Origin: an uncultured Victivallis sp.
GTDB lineage: Bacteria; Verrucomicrobiota; Lentisphaeria; Victivallales; GWF2-50-93
Assembly (NCBI GenBank): GCA_964540865.1
Contig: CAZION010000016.1
Coordinates: forward strand, 2,914-66,913
Length of the DNA stretch: 64,000 nt
Direction of reading: 5' to 3'
In this document: in pieces, positions 29,355 through 38,375 of the stretch
Numbering within the stretch: position 1 is the stretch's first letter
How the letters are laid out: every line of letters begins with the position of its first letter
The notes under the pieces: generated by a model
Database searches by the model: none
What the model saw: the letters and a program-made list of their open reading frames with translations, nothing else
What the model was told of the DNA's origin: nothing
Program-made: the position numbers and the translations under genes

Positions 29355-30641
29355 ATGGAAATAATCGTAATATTCATGCTGATATTCATCAACGGGTTGT
29401 TCGCCCTTATGGAGATTGCATTTGTATCCTCCAAAAGGGAAATCCTTGAAAACTTCCAGGCGCATGGCAGCAGGAACGCAGCCAAAGTCCTGAAAATGAT
29501 GAACGAGCCGGATACGTTCCTGTCCTCCATACAGGTGGGAATCACTCTGGTAGGCATAATATCGGGAGCCTTCGGCGGCGTAATTCTTGCGGATGACCTA
29601 TGCGTTATACTGAAGAAGGAGCATATCTTCGAAGCCTATGCCTATCAAATATCAATTGTCTTCATAGTGTCAGCCGTCACCTACGTATCAATCATTTTCG
29701 GGGAGCTGGTCCCGAAAAGTATCGGGCTAAGGAATCCGGAAAAGACAATAATCCTGCTCTTTCCAGTAATCAATGTTTTCTCCCATGTTGCATATCCCGT
29801 GGTCGCCCTTCTCAGTTTTTCAACAAGATTGATATTGAAGATTGCAGGCTTGGGATTAACAGGGATTGACCAGATTACTGACCCGGTAAAAACGATTCTT
29901 GGAATTGCAAAGTCAGCCGCGATTAAAAACAAGATACACAAGCAGCAGGCCAACATCATCACCAACACCATAAACATCAAAGATGCAATGATTTCAGGGC
30001 TAATGGTCAAAAAGGAGGAAATAAAATATCTTTCCGCCGACATGTCGCTCAACCAGGCTCTCGTAGAGGCACATATACATCATCATACCAGATACCCGAT
30101 TGTGGAAGAAGACGACATTAACCAGATCATCGGATATGTGAATTTCAAAGACATAATGAACGCCATCAGGATGAGTCCTGCAAAACCGACGGTGAGGAAC
30201 ATCTGCAGAAAGGTGCTTTCCGTATCCGAGAATGACAAGGTGCTGGACGTACTTCAAAAGCTCATAAAAAGCTGCCAGCATATCGCAGTTGTCAAATCCG
30301 GTTCCGGCACTACTTCCGGACTTATATCACTGGAAAACCTGCTAGAGACAATTGTCGGAGACATCAGGGATGAATTTGACATCCTTCCGGAATTCATTTA
30401 TGGGCTGACAGAAGAAAGGTGGCTGGCCGGAGGCGGGGTTCCCCTTGAAAAAGTCAGCAGCACTGTAGGAATCTCCCTCCCTGATTCTGACAAGCCGCTG
30501 TGCCAATGGCTGATGGACATATCGGACGGCAATATCCATGTTGAGAACAGGATTGAATATGGCGAACTGATTTTCCACATAAGGAAGATGAGCCGTTCCA
30601 AGGTGTATGAAGTGATAATTGAAAAGACTAAACCGGATTAA
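29355..30641 (+). CDS. hemolysin/CNNM-family transporter (DUF21 - CBS pair - CorC_HlyC)
   Basis: I prefer ATG 29355 (MEIIVIFMLIFINGLFALMEIAFVSS, the DUF21 start). It has FGELVPKSIG, then a CBS pair region and a CorC-like C-terminus. The track start at TTG 29316 overlaps the palindrome. Confidence 0.8.
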   Translation: MEIIVIFMLIFINGLFALMEIAFVSSKREILENFQAHGSRNAAKVLKMMNEPDTFLSSIQVGITLVGIISGAFGGVILADDLCVILKKEHIFEAYAYQISIVFIVSAVTYVSIIFGELVPKSIGLRNPEKTIILLFPVINVFSHVAYPVVALLSFSTRLILKIAGLGLTGIDQITDPVKTILGIAKSAAIKNKIHKQQANIITNTINIKDAMISGLMVKKEEIKYLSADMSLNQALVEAHIHHHTRYPIVEEDDINQIIGYVNFKDIMNAIRMSPAKPTVRNICRKVLSVSENDKVLDVLQKLIKSCQHIAVVKSGSGTTSGLISLENLLETIVGDIRDEFDILPEFIYGLTEERWLAGGGVPLEKVSSTVGISLPDSDKPLCQWLMDISDGNIHVENRIEYGELIFHIRKMSRSKVYEVIIEKTKPD

Positions 30642-30659
30642 GGAGTGAGATTTACCAAT

Positions 30660-32060
30660 ATGAGGATCCCGTCAAGGATACACTTTGTAGGCGTCGGCGG
30701 AATCGGGATGAGCGGACTTGCGCAGATGCTTAAATGGCTCGGCTGCGATGTCAGCGGAAGCGACCGCGACATGGACAAACCTGAAAACTCGCGAATAATA
30801 GACTCATTGAGAAACTGCGGCATAAGGCTTTTCCCGCAGGACGGTTCCTTCATCTCAGAAGGCAAGACCGATGCAATGATTTATTCTACGGCGATAGAAA
30901 ATGACAATCCCGACTTCAAGGCCGGAGCCGACATACCGAAAATCCACAGGGCGGCAGCGCTCTCATCCGCCATAATATCCATGAAAGACGTGACATCCGT
31001 AGCCGTCACCGGAACCTGCGGAAAAACAACGGTCACATCATGGCTCGCAGAGACATTGGTTAAGATGGGACACGATCCGGCAATGCTGTCCGGCGGACTT
31101 GTGAACAATTTCTCATCTGCGAAGTTCGCAGGCAACTTCCGTCCTGGTAAAGGCAGATTTTTCATTTATGAAGCGGATGAAAGCGACAAGAGCCTTCTTG
31201 CCTTCAATCCAGACTATTCCCTTATATTGAACATAGGAAATGATCACTACCCGATAAATGAACTCACAGAGGTCTTCAGAAAATTCATCGGCAGCACTTC
31301 AAAAGGGGCGATACTTGAGGAATCCGTAGCGGAATATGTAGGCACCTTGGACGGCAGCAAGATAAAATATTTGGTATTTGGCTCAGGGGAGAAATGCGGA
31401 TGGCGACTCCTTTCATACAAGACCGAAAACAAGATTCCTATGGCGATGATAGAAAATAAATCCAGCGACAAAAGAATAAATCTTGCCCTGCCTTCACCCG
31501 GCCTGCATATGGCGATGAATGCCGTTTCCGTATTGGCAACACTCGACATACTCGGATTGTACAGCCCTGACTGCCACAAATATATTTCATCATTCGGCGG
31601 AGTCTGGAGGCGTTTCAACATCAAGGGCAACCTGCCTTCCGGCGCTCTCATTATTGACGATTACGCGCATAATCCCGAAAAGATAGGTTCATGCATCAGG
31701 ACGGCAAAAGAAATAACTGCAGGCAGGATTTTCGCGGTTTTCCAGCCGCACGGATTCGGCCCCTTGAAATTCATGAAGGATAATCTTTTCAAGGAGCTTG
31801 AAAAGATTATATCCAAAGAGGATAAATTCATATTGCTTCCTGTTTTCTATGCTGGTGGGACGACTTCGTTCAGTCCGACATCAGAGGAGGTTGTTTCTGA
31901 ATTCGATTCCAGGGGGGGAAACAATTTCATGTTCTTCAAAACCCGTGATCATCTGGAAAAATATCTGAAAGCAGAAACATGCGCAAATGACACGGTTGTA
32001 ATTCTGGGGGCGAGAGACAATTCACTTTCCACTTGGACGGAGGAAATTGCAAGTTCATGA
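30660..32060 (+). CDS. murC: UDP-N-acetylmuramate--L-alanine ligase
   Basis: The ORF has IHFVGVGGIGMSGLAQMLKWLGCDVSGSD, VTGTCGKTTVTSW, YEADESDKS, IIDDYAHNPEKI and FQPHGF, the Mur ligase motifs in MurC-like order. The start is ATG 30660 (track GTG 30645). Confidence 0.8.
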   Translation: MRIPSRIHFVGVGGIGMSGLAQMLKWLGCDVSGSDRDMDKPENSRIIDSLRNCGIRLFPQDGSFISEGKTDAMIYSTAIENDNPDFKAGADIPKIHRAAALSSAIISMKDVTSVAVTGTCGKTTVTSWLAETLVKMGHDPAMLSGGLVNNFSSAKFAGNFRPGKGRFFIYEADESDKSLLAFNPDYSLILNIGNDHYPINELTEVFRKFIGSTSKGAILEESVAEYVGTLDGSKIKYLVFGSGEKCGWRLLSYKTENKIPMAMIENKSSDKRINLALPSPGLHMAMNAVSVLATLDILGLYSPDCHKYISSFGGVWRRFNIKGNLPSGALIIDDYAHNPEKIGSCIRTAKEITAGRIFAVFQPHGFGPLKFMKDNLFKELEKIISKEDKFILLPVFYAGGTTSFSPTSEEVVSEFDSRGGNNFMFFKTRDHLEKYLKAETCANDTVVILGARDNSLSTWTEEIASS

Positions 32061-32064
32061 GTTG

Positions 32065-32165
32065 AATATCCAATATCCAACACGGAATATCCAATCTCTA
32101 AGTTAAGATTTTCTTGAATTCAATTCCGATGGGAACTGGAAATTGAGTGTTGGATCTTGGGTGTT
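32065..32165. repeat. intergenic hairpin element B (TTGAATTCAA core)
   Basis: 32065-32083 (AATATCCAATATCCAACAC) pairs with 32147-32165 (GTGTTGGATCTTGGGTGTT) as a 19-bp helix with 1 mismatch and 2 G-U pairs. The 63-nt interior holds the perfect palindrome TTGAATTCAA (32114-32123). A third AATATCCAA lies at 32086-94. Nearby, the direct 12-mer TTCCGAACTCTC occurs twice (32214-25, 32229-40). Confidence 0.7.
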
Positions 32166-32258
32166 CAAAATTTGACCATACGGTTAAATTAGACAAGTCT
32201 CTAACTTCCGCATTTCCGAACTCTCAAATTCCGAACTCTCCACACTGCAACTCGGCCA

Positions 32259-33539
32259 CTACTTCCGCTCCAGGGCCTTACGCCCAATATCTCTTCTGAA
32301 AAAGCAGTCGCACCAGAATATATTGACAACTGCTTCATATGCATTTGCAATTGCGGTTTTAATGTCTTTTCCTTTTGCGGTAACACCGAGGACACGGCCA
32401 CCGGAATTGACTATTTTACCATCAACCTTTGATGTACCTGCATGGAAGACAACAGCACCGTTTTCCTCCGCATCCTCAAAGCCGTTTATCTCATAGCCTT
32501 TCTTATATGAATCCGGATATCCTCCAGAAGCCATGACAACACAGACCGCGGGTTCCTCCGTCCACTCAAGGGATACAGAAGCCAAGTCACCTTCAGCTGT
32601 CTTCAGCATAACATCGGCAAGATCTGACTTCAGGCGCATAAGAACAACCTGAGTCTCCGGGTCGCCAAACCTAACATTGAACTCGAGCACTTTAGGACCA
32701 TCAGAGGTAAACATAACACCCGCATAAATAATTCCACGGTAATAAAGTTTTTCCGCCTGTATCCCCTTCAGGAACCTCTGTAGTATTTTTTCGTCAATTT
32801 CTTTAAGAAGTGCGTCTGTGACAACAGGCGCAGGGGAATAAGCGCCCATACCGCCGGTGTTTAGACCTGTATCCCCATCGCCCACCCGCTTGTGGTCCTG
32901 CGAGGTTGCCAATGGAATTATTGTATTGCCGTCAGTAAGCGCAAGAATCGACGCCTCTTCTCCCACAAGAAGTTCCTCAACAAGAACTTTCTTTCCAGCT
33001 TCCCCGAAAGCTCCATTGAAACAGAGCTTCACAGCCTCAATTGCGTCCTTTTCATTATACGCAAGGATAACGCCTTTTCCTGCGGCGAGGCCATCGGCTT
33101 TTATAACGATTCCCGGGATATGGGACTCAAAAATAAATTTTAAATAATCAATTGCTTCCCCCTGTCCAGTAAATACCCGCGATGAAGATGTGGGGATTTT
33201 GTGCTTAGTCATGAACATCTTTGAATATGACTTGCTTCCCTCAAGCCTCGCGGAAGCCTTGCCCGGCCCAAATATCGTAAGATTCTGTTTCTTGAAAACA
33301 TCTACGATTCCATCGCAGAGTGGAGCCTCAGGGCCCACTACTGTCAAGTCTATACTGTTTGTTTTTGCGAAATCTGCAAGCTTGCCTATTTCGTTGATGT
33401 TTATATCCACACATTCTGCGACATTCGCAATACCGGCGTTTCCCGGAGCACAGTAGATTCTCCTGACGAGCTTGCTCTGGGCGAGCTTCCAGCAAATGGC
33501 ATGTTCACGACCTCCGCTCCCGACAACAAGTATGTTCAT
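32259..33539 (-). CDS. purD: phosphoribosylamine--glycine ligase
   Basis: The 426 aa ORF has MNILVVGSGGREHAICWKLAQS, GPEAPL, ADGLAAGKGV, SQDHKRVGDGDTGLNTGGMGAYSP and VLEFNVRFGDPE. Confidence 0.96.
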   Translation of the reverse strand: MNILVVGSGGREHAICWKLAQSKLVRRIYCAPGNAGIANVAECVDININEIGKLADFAKTNSIDLTVVGPEAPLCDGIVDVFKKQNLTIFGPGKASARLEGSKSYSKMFMTKHKIPTSSSRVFTGQGEAIDYLKFIFESHIPGIVIKADGLAAGKGVILAYNEKDAIEAVKLCFNGAFGEAGKKVLVEELLVGEEASILALTDGNTIIPLATSQDHKRVGDGDTGLNTGGMGAYSPAPVVTDALLKEIDEKILQRFLKGIQAEKLYYRGIIYAGVMFTSDGPKVLEFNVRFGDPETQVVLMRLKSDLADVMLKTAEGDLASVSLEWTEEPAVCVVMASGGYPDSYKKGYEINGFEDAEENGAVVFHAGTSKVDGKIVNSGGRVLGVTAKGKDIKTAIANAYEAVVNIFWCDCFFRRDIGRKALERK

Positions 33540-33667
33540 AGTATTCTCCCCTGATTTTTTAATGTTCTTCAGAATTGAGTTTCAGGTTTTAAGCAAGAGA
33601 CTGTTTTCTTTTGGTACTCTACCCCAAATCAAGCCTGTTTTCCAGTCAGTTGCCCCATCAAAAGTAC

Positions 33668-34147
33668 TTACTCGCCAATCCTCCCCGCTACAACCTTGCA
33701 GATTACTGAGGAGGAAAAGCCCCTGGACGCGAGATATCTGAACATTTTCTGTTTCCTCTTGTTCAAATCCTTTTCCCTTTCAAAAAACAGATGCCGCTTT
33801 TTCAAAGCCTCGGCGGCACGCTTGGCCTCATCATCCGCTGAAAATCCGCGTCCCAGCACTTCGTTGGAAATTTCGGGCGGAACTCCGCGCTTCCTCATCG
33901 CCAGCCGGATACGTGTTAGCCCGAGGCCTTTGGCCGTCAATTCATTGAAATATAATTCAGCGAAATTAGCATCATCCAGGAATTTCCGTTCTTCAAGGAA
34001 TAAGACAACTTCATCGATTACAGCCTTTGGGAATTCGCGTCTGGTCAATTTCGACTTTAATTCTGAAACTGTATGCTGTCTTCTCGAAAGCAGCCGGCCG
34101 GCGCTTTTTATAGCTTCGTCAAAAGATTTTTCCTTTTCTGCTTTCAT
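33668..34147 (-). CDS. recX: regulatory protein RecX
   Basis: I prefer ATG 34145-34147, which forms an ATGA overlap with the upstream stop. The product MKAEKEKSFDEAIKSAGRLLSRRQHTVSELKSKLTRREFPKAVIDEVVLFLEERKFLDDANFAELYFN...GLTRIRLAMRKRGVP shows the RecX three-repeat pattern. Confidence 0.75.
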   Translation of the reverse strand: MKAEKEKSFDEAIKSAGRLLSRRQHTVSELKSKLTRREFPKAVIDEVVLFLEERKFLDDANFAELYFNELTAKGLGLTRIRLAMRKRGVPPEISNEVLGRGFSADDEAKRAAEALKKRHLFFEREKDLNKRKQKMFRYLASRGFSSSVICKVVAGRIGE

Positions 34148-36282
34148 GATTTCCTGTATTCCTTTTTGAATTTTCCGGATATTTTCTTGAATTCGGATAT
34201 TTCTTCCAGGGAAGGCTCTCTCTGCCTGAACCTGATGTCCATATACCTTCCCGAAAGTTCCGCGAATTTCGCAAGCATGCTGTCGGAAAGGGGGAAGCTC
34301 CGGAGCCACTCGTTTATTGTCAGATGCGTGTGCCTCGAGAGATTGCGTCTCCGTCTTATGAATTTTTCAAGGCTTCTGAATTCATTCCGAAGTGCATGTG
34401 TGTTTGCATCAAGGCCAAGACGTTTCATTGATTTCTTATTCCTTCTGCGCAGGGCATGGAATACTCCAAGACCTGCGAGAAGAAGCATTCCCGGACCACG
34501 GAACGGATTCCAGATAAAATCTATAAACGCAAAATATCCCGCAGACACAATATCAATGACCGCTTTTGCAAAATTACCCCTCCTCAGATCCGACAGCACG
34601 GCCTGAAAATTTTCCTTTATCCTATCTGACCAACTTTCCCAAAAACCCATCTGGGCAGAGCTGTTAGGAATACCAAAAGGGGGCGTAGGCTCTACTAGGA
34701 TCCATTTACCATCCTGCCTCGAATATGCTTCAACCCAGGCATGCGCACTGCCGAGCCTGGAAACATAATATCTCCTTGAAGGATGCGGTTCATCGCAGAG
34801 GAAACCAGTCACATATCTTGCCGGTATCCCATACTGACGGAGAAGGAGAATCATAGAGCTTGCAAAAAGTTCACAATGACCGCTCCTGGTGTTTTTAATG
34901 AAATTCAGAACAGGATCCATTTCAGTTTCCCTGATATCCAGGCTGTATTTGAAATTGGTCATGAAATAATTTACAAGCCTGTCTATGGCCTCCCTGTCGT
35001 TTTCCGGGGTTTCGGGTAGAACTGCGGCAAGTATTTCAGACAGGTCTCTTGAAATATCGTGGGGCACTTGGAGATGAATTGGATCATCAGCCTGCACGGG
35101 TTCAGGGAACGCGCTGTCTTCGGACTGTCTTGGAAGAAAAACCGTATAGCCCCCATCTTTCTGCCAGTCTTCCGGGATCAGTATGCCTTCCTGAGAGAAA
35201 TTGAGTTTGTCAGCCACCAGGTCGAAACGATTTCCGATTCCGGGCACCAGGAGCACATCGCTGGAAAACCTTTTTGCCGGATATATGCTGATCTTATTAT
35301 CCGAAGGGTTTTCGCCTCCCTTATAATAGAAACTTTTTATTGCAATAACGCCTTCATAGGCGGTGAAGGACATTTTCTGGAATGAAGTTTCAGGATTTGT
35401 CCATTTCCCGTTCCTGTATCTGGTATATACCCTTCCCCTTAAATATCCGGGGGGAAATTCAGATTCGGCGCGAAGGACTATTACATCCCTGTTTCTTTTG
35501 ATTTCAGGGCTTAACACCCTGTTCAAGTTGACTTCTTTAGAGAAAACAACATAATGGGAGTTAGCATAACGCTTCATTCCAGCCCGGAGAAAAACATTTT
35601 CAAGTTTCCTGAATTCGCCCTCATGCGCCTTGAAAAAATCATAACCGGCAATGCCCAGGAACACTGTGAAAACAAGTGCGGCGAGGAGAACCATGCGCTT
35701 TTCCCATTTTCCCGCTTTTCCGATCCGGAAAATCTTTCTCGGCTGAAGTGCAGTAAGTATGAATATAAGTTCCAAAACTACAGTCAGGGAGAATATCAAG
35801 CTGAAGTTCTTCGTATGCGCTTTAAAGAAAAGCAACCCTTCGCCATGCTGGGAATTCAGTGTCACATCGCTACTTAGAAGTACAACGAAAATTGAAAATG
35901 CGGCAGTAACTCCCACGCTATAGGGATTGAGTTCGAAAAATGTAATCATTACGGCGACATAAAGAAGGAAAGGTGCGCTTATATTCGTTGAAAATATGTC
36001 TCCTATAAGAATGAATCTGTTTTTATCGACCGGAAAAGCAAGATCCAAGATAACTGCAAGCACGATTGACAGGACTATACTGTAGATTATCGTACGATCG
36101 TTGTAGACCACTGATTTTTCCATGAACATTGAAAGGGAGAGACCTGCAAGGCAAATCAGGAACACATGCGGAAGGTTGAGAGTTGCCGACAGCAGAAAAG
36201 CCGCAGGAAGAATTATTCCGGACGCAATCAGTACAAAGCCCCTGTCCTTCTTCAGATTTGCCTGTTGAAAATTTTCGTTCAT
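34144..36282 (-). CDS. transglutaminase-like membrane protein (TgpA-like)
   Basis: The 712 aa ORF has a polytopic N-terminus, then the TGase core SGHCELFASSMILLLRQYGIPARYVTGF...GSAHAWVEAY...DGKWILVEPTP (Cys-His-Asp triad context), and a C-terminal TM. Confidence 0.85.
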   Translation of the reverse strand: MNENFQQANLKKDRGFVLIASGIILPAAFLLSATLNLPHVFLICLAGLSLSMFMEKSVVYNDRTIIYSIVLSIVLAVILDLAFPVDKNRFILIGDIFSTNISAPFLLYVAVMITFFELNPYSVGVTAAFSIFVVLLSSDVTLNSQHGEGLLFFKAHTKNFSLIFSLTVVLELIFILTALQPRKIFRIGKAGKWEKRMVLLAALVFTVFLGIAGYDFFKAHEGEFRKLENVFLRAGMKRYANSHYVVFSKEVNLNRVLSPEIKRNRDVIVLRAESEFPPGYLRGRVYTRYRNGKWTNPETSFQKMSFTAYEGVIAIKSFYYKGGENPSDNKISIYPAKRFSSDVLLVPGIGNRFDLVADKLNFSQEGILIPEDWQKDGGYTVFLPRQSEDSAFPEPVQADDPIHLQVPHDISRDLSEILAAVLPETPENDREAIDRLVNYFMTNFKYSLDIRETEMDPVLNFIKNTRSGHCELFASSMILLLRQYGIPARYVTGFLCDEPHPSRRYYVSRLGSAHAWVEAYSRQDGKWILVEPTPPFGIPNSSAQMGFWESWSDRIKENFQAVLSDLRRGNFAKAVIDIVSAGYFAFIDFIWNPFRGPGMLLLAGLGVFHALRRRNKKSMKRLGLDANTHALRNEFRSLEKFIRRRRNLSRHTHLTINEWLRSFPLSDSMLAKFAELSGRYMDIRFRQREPSLEEISEFKKISGKFKKEYRKS

Positions 36283-37619
36283 ATGCTTTTAACGCTCCCT
36301 GAAAGAACGCTTTTCAAATTTAGATAAACCGCATCCGGCGGGCCCTGCGGAATCTCCTTCTCATATATTATAACGATCTTGACCGCAGTCCCTGATTCGG
36401 CAAGTAGCCTTACCATGTCCTCCCTTGTCTTATCCCACTTGAGGAGAATCACAATCGCGCTCCCTATATCTGATATTTCATTTAATATTTCCTGTTTCAG
36501 CTCAAAAAAACATTCGACATGGCACGGATCTATGCATGCAAGAATATCGAGGATATTTTCAAACTGGGCAAGGCTTCTCCCGGTTTTGAGGTGGTATATT
36601 TCAGGACCTGCCGCGAAGAGGTCTACAACAAAATCGCCTTTTAGGAGATTTTCGGCGACAGCAGCTGAAAGGGAAAGGGCCGCTTCGAGATCATAGTTTG
36701 AACGCTCCTTCATTGAAAGCATTCTTCTCAGGCCTCCCAGTTTTTTTACTGATGTGTCGACAATAAGCGCCATTCTGGAAATATATTCATCCTGGAACTC
36801 GCGGACAATGATCTCACCGGTTCGCGCAGTGCTTGGCCAGTGAATATGACGGGGATTGTCACCCGTCCGGAATTCGCGGCATCCCAGGAATTCCATCGAC
36901 TCTCCCACCTTGGAGATTTTCGGAAGCGCATTCCTCTGATATCTCTGTCCAACCGGCAGGCTTACGGAATTGAGGGTGGTGTAATCAGGGTAGAACAGAA
37001 GGCGCTGAGGTTCAGTTCCGCGTGAAATCCAGCGGAATACTCCGAAGGGAAAAGTTGAATCTGCAAGTGGAATAGGCAGATTGTATAAGCCTCTTTTTTC
37101 CGATATCAGATAGGAACTGAGAGCAACTTCCGTTTTGGATGGAATATATTCAGCTGTAATCTGCCCATCATAATGCTTCAGAGAGGAACCAGGCAGATAG
37201 CTGTCAACGCTGACGTTCCAAACTGGTATCGGACGGAGGTTCTTGATATGGTAATCTATCCTTACCGGACTTCCGGCCCTTGCCCTCACCGGGATGTCCC
37301 TGCTGATTTTGAGGCGTGGCCTCAGTACAAATCCGACGATGAAATCACCTGCGAATATCGCAATCAGGGAAAAGGCGAGTAACCTTATGGGATTCTGCAT
37401 TAGAGTGAAACTGTAAGATATTATAAGGAAACTTATCGCTATTATGATCCGGCCGGCAACAGTGAAGAAACTCGTATAATAGGCGTAAATCCATGCTACA
37501 ATCATCAAGGTCGGTGAGCGATAAGTCGAGTTCCTGACATATGCAGGCAGTTCAATCCAGTCAGGCCCTTCGTAAAAACGCCTTCTGAGATCTTTGAAAA
37601 ATGTTTTAACCCGCCTCAT
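36279..37619 (-). CDS. DUF58 domain-containing protein
   Basis: The 446 aa ORF has N-terminal TMs, then EFLGCREFRTGDNPRHIHWPSTARTGEIIVREFQDE (DUF58 signature). It overlaps the transglutaminase gene by 4 nt. Confidence 0.85.
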   Translation of the reverse strand: MRRVKTFFKDLRRRFYEGPDWIELPAYVRNSTYRSPTLMIVAWIYAYYTSFFTVAGRIIIAISFLIISYSFTLMQNPIRLLAFSLIAIFAGDFIVGFVLRPRLKISRDIPVRARAGSPVRIDYHIKNLRPIPVWNVSVDSYLPGSSLKHYDGQITAEYIPSKTEVALSSYLISEKRGLYNLPIPLADSTFPFGVFRWISRGTEPQRLLFYPDYTTLNSVSLPVGQRYQRNALPKISKVGESMEFLGCREFRTGDNPRHIHWPSTARTGEIIVREFQDEYISRMALIVDTSVKKLGGLRRMLSMKERSNYDLEAALSLSAAVAENLLKGDFVVDLFAAGPEIYHLKTGRSLAQFENILDILACIDPCHVECFFELKQEILNEISDIGSAIVILLKWDKTREDMVRLLAESGTAVKIVIIYEKEIPQGPPDAVYLNLKSVLSGSVKSI

Positions 37620-37660
37620 TGCACCATCACCCCAGACTTGTCAAAAAATAAACACTTAGC

Positions 37661-37722
37661 GTCCAAGTGTCCAAGTTAAGTGGGATTAAAACTCAAAACC
37701 CAAGGCACTTGGTCACTGGGAC
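37661..37722. repeat. intergenic hairpin element D (probable terminator on the - strand)
   Basis: GTCCAAGT occurs twice in tandem (37661-76) and pairs with ACTTGGTC and ACTGGGAC (37707-22), each 7/8. The loop TAAGTGGGATTAAAACTCAAAACCCAAGGC resembles the element A loop. On the - strand the hairpin is followed by TTTATTTTTT (complement of 37642-51). Confidence 0.65.
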
Positions 37723-37771
37723 ACTTTCCCCCTACCGTTCGGAGATAAAATACGCGGTGAAATTGCAATTC

Positions 37772-38080
37772 CTACAGGGAAATGATTTTCTGGCCTTCTT
37801 TCAAGAGGGCGCGGAGACCGGATTCATCAATATTTTCCAGACGCTGTAGTTTCCTGCTCGACCTGCTTTTTTCATCCAGGTTCATCTCATGGGTGTTGGT
37901 GAATTTCACAATATAGGATATGGCCCCTTTTTTAGCCTCATTGAAAGTCAGCCATGAACTGTCTTCTTCTGACAGATGTATAATGATTGAATGTATATAT
38001 TCACCGGAGGTGTGCTGTCTGGCCACTCCGGGATTGTGAGCATCCCTTGCAACTTGAACTATAATTTTGTAGTAAGTCAT
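37772..38080 (-). CDS. hypothetical protein (102 aa)
   Basis: RBS GGGAGG lies upstream of ATG 38080. No motif recognised (MTYYKIIVQVARDAHNPGVARQHTSGEYIHSIIIHL...). Confidence 0.5.
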   Translation of the reverse strand: MTYYKIIVQVARDAHNPGVARQHTSGEYIHSIIIHLSEEDSSWLTFNEAKKGAISYIVKFTNTHEMNLDEKSRSSRKLQRLENIDESGLRALLKEGQKIISL

Positions 38081-38375
38081 TAAAAAAGCCTCCCGATCTA
38101 AATTTAATCTTATATGAATTTGTATTTCTGGCTCGCTGGCATCCTGCCGGCATCTTTCATCTTTTCACTCTTGCTTAGACAAGCATTATGCCACCAAGAT
38201 GGTGGCGTTCCTTAAAAATCCCGGCAAAGCCGATTAAACTCCGAGCATTAACCTAACTTTCCAGGCGGGCAAAGGCAAGATTCCCCTCAAATTTTCTTAT
38301 CATATCAGCTTTTGAAATTCCGGGGGCAAGCTCATTGAGACACTTGGACAGTTCTCCATCAGGCAATGGAAATTT

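Noticed and set aside
32065-32240. Short tandem words in intergenic regions as a possible CRISPR array.
   Set aside because: The repeats are only 7-12 nt long, there are 2-4 copies, there are no 25-40 nt unique spacers, and there are no cas genes in the window.
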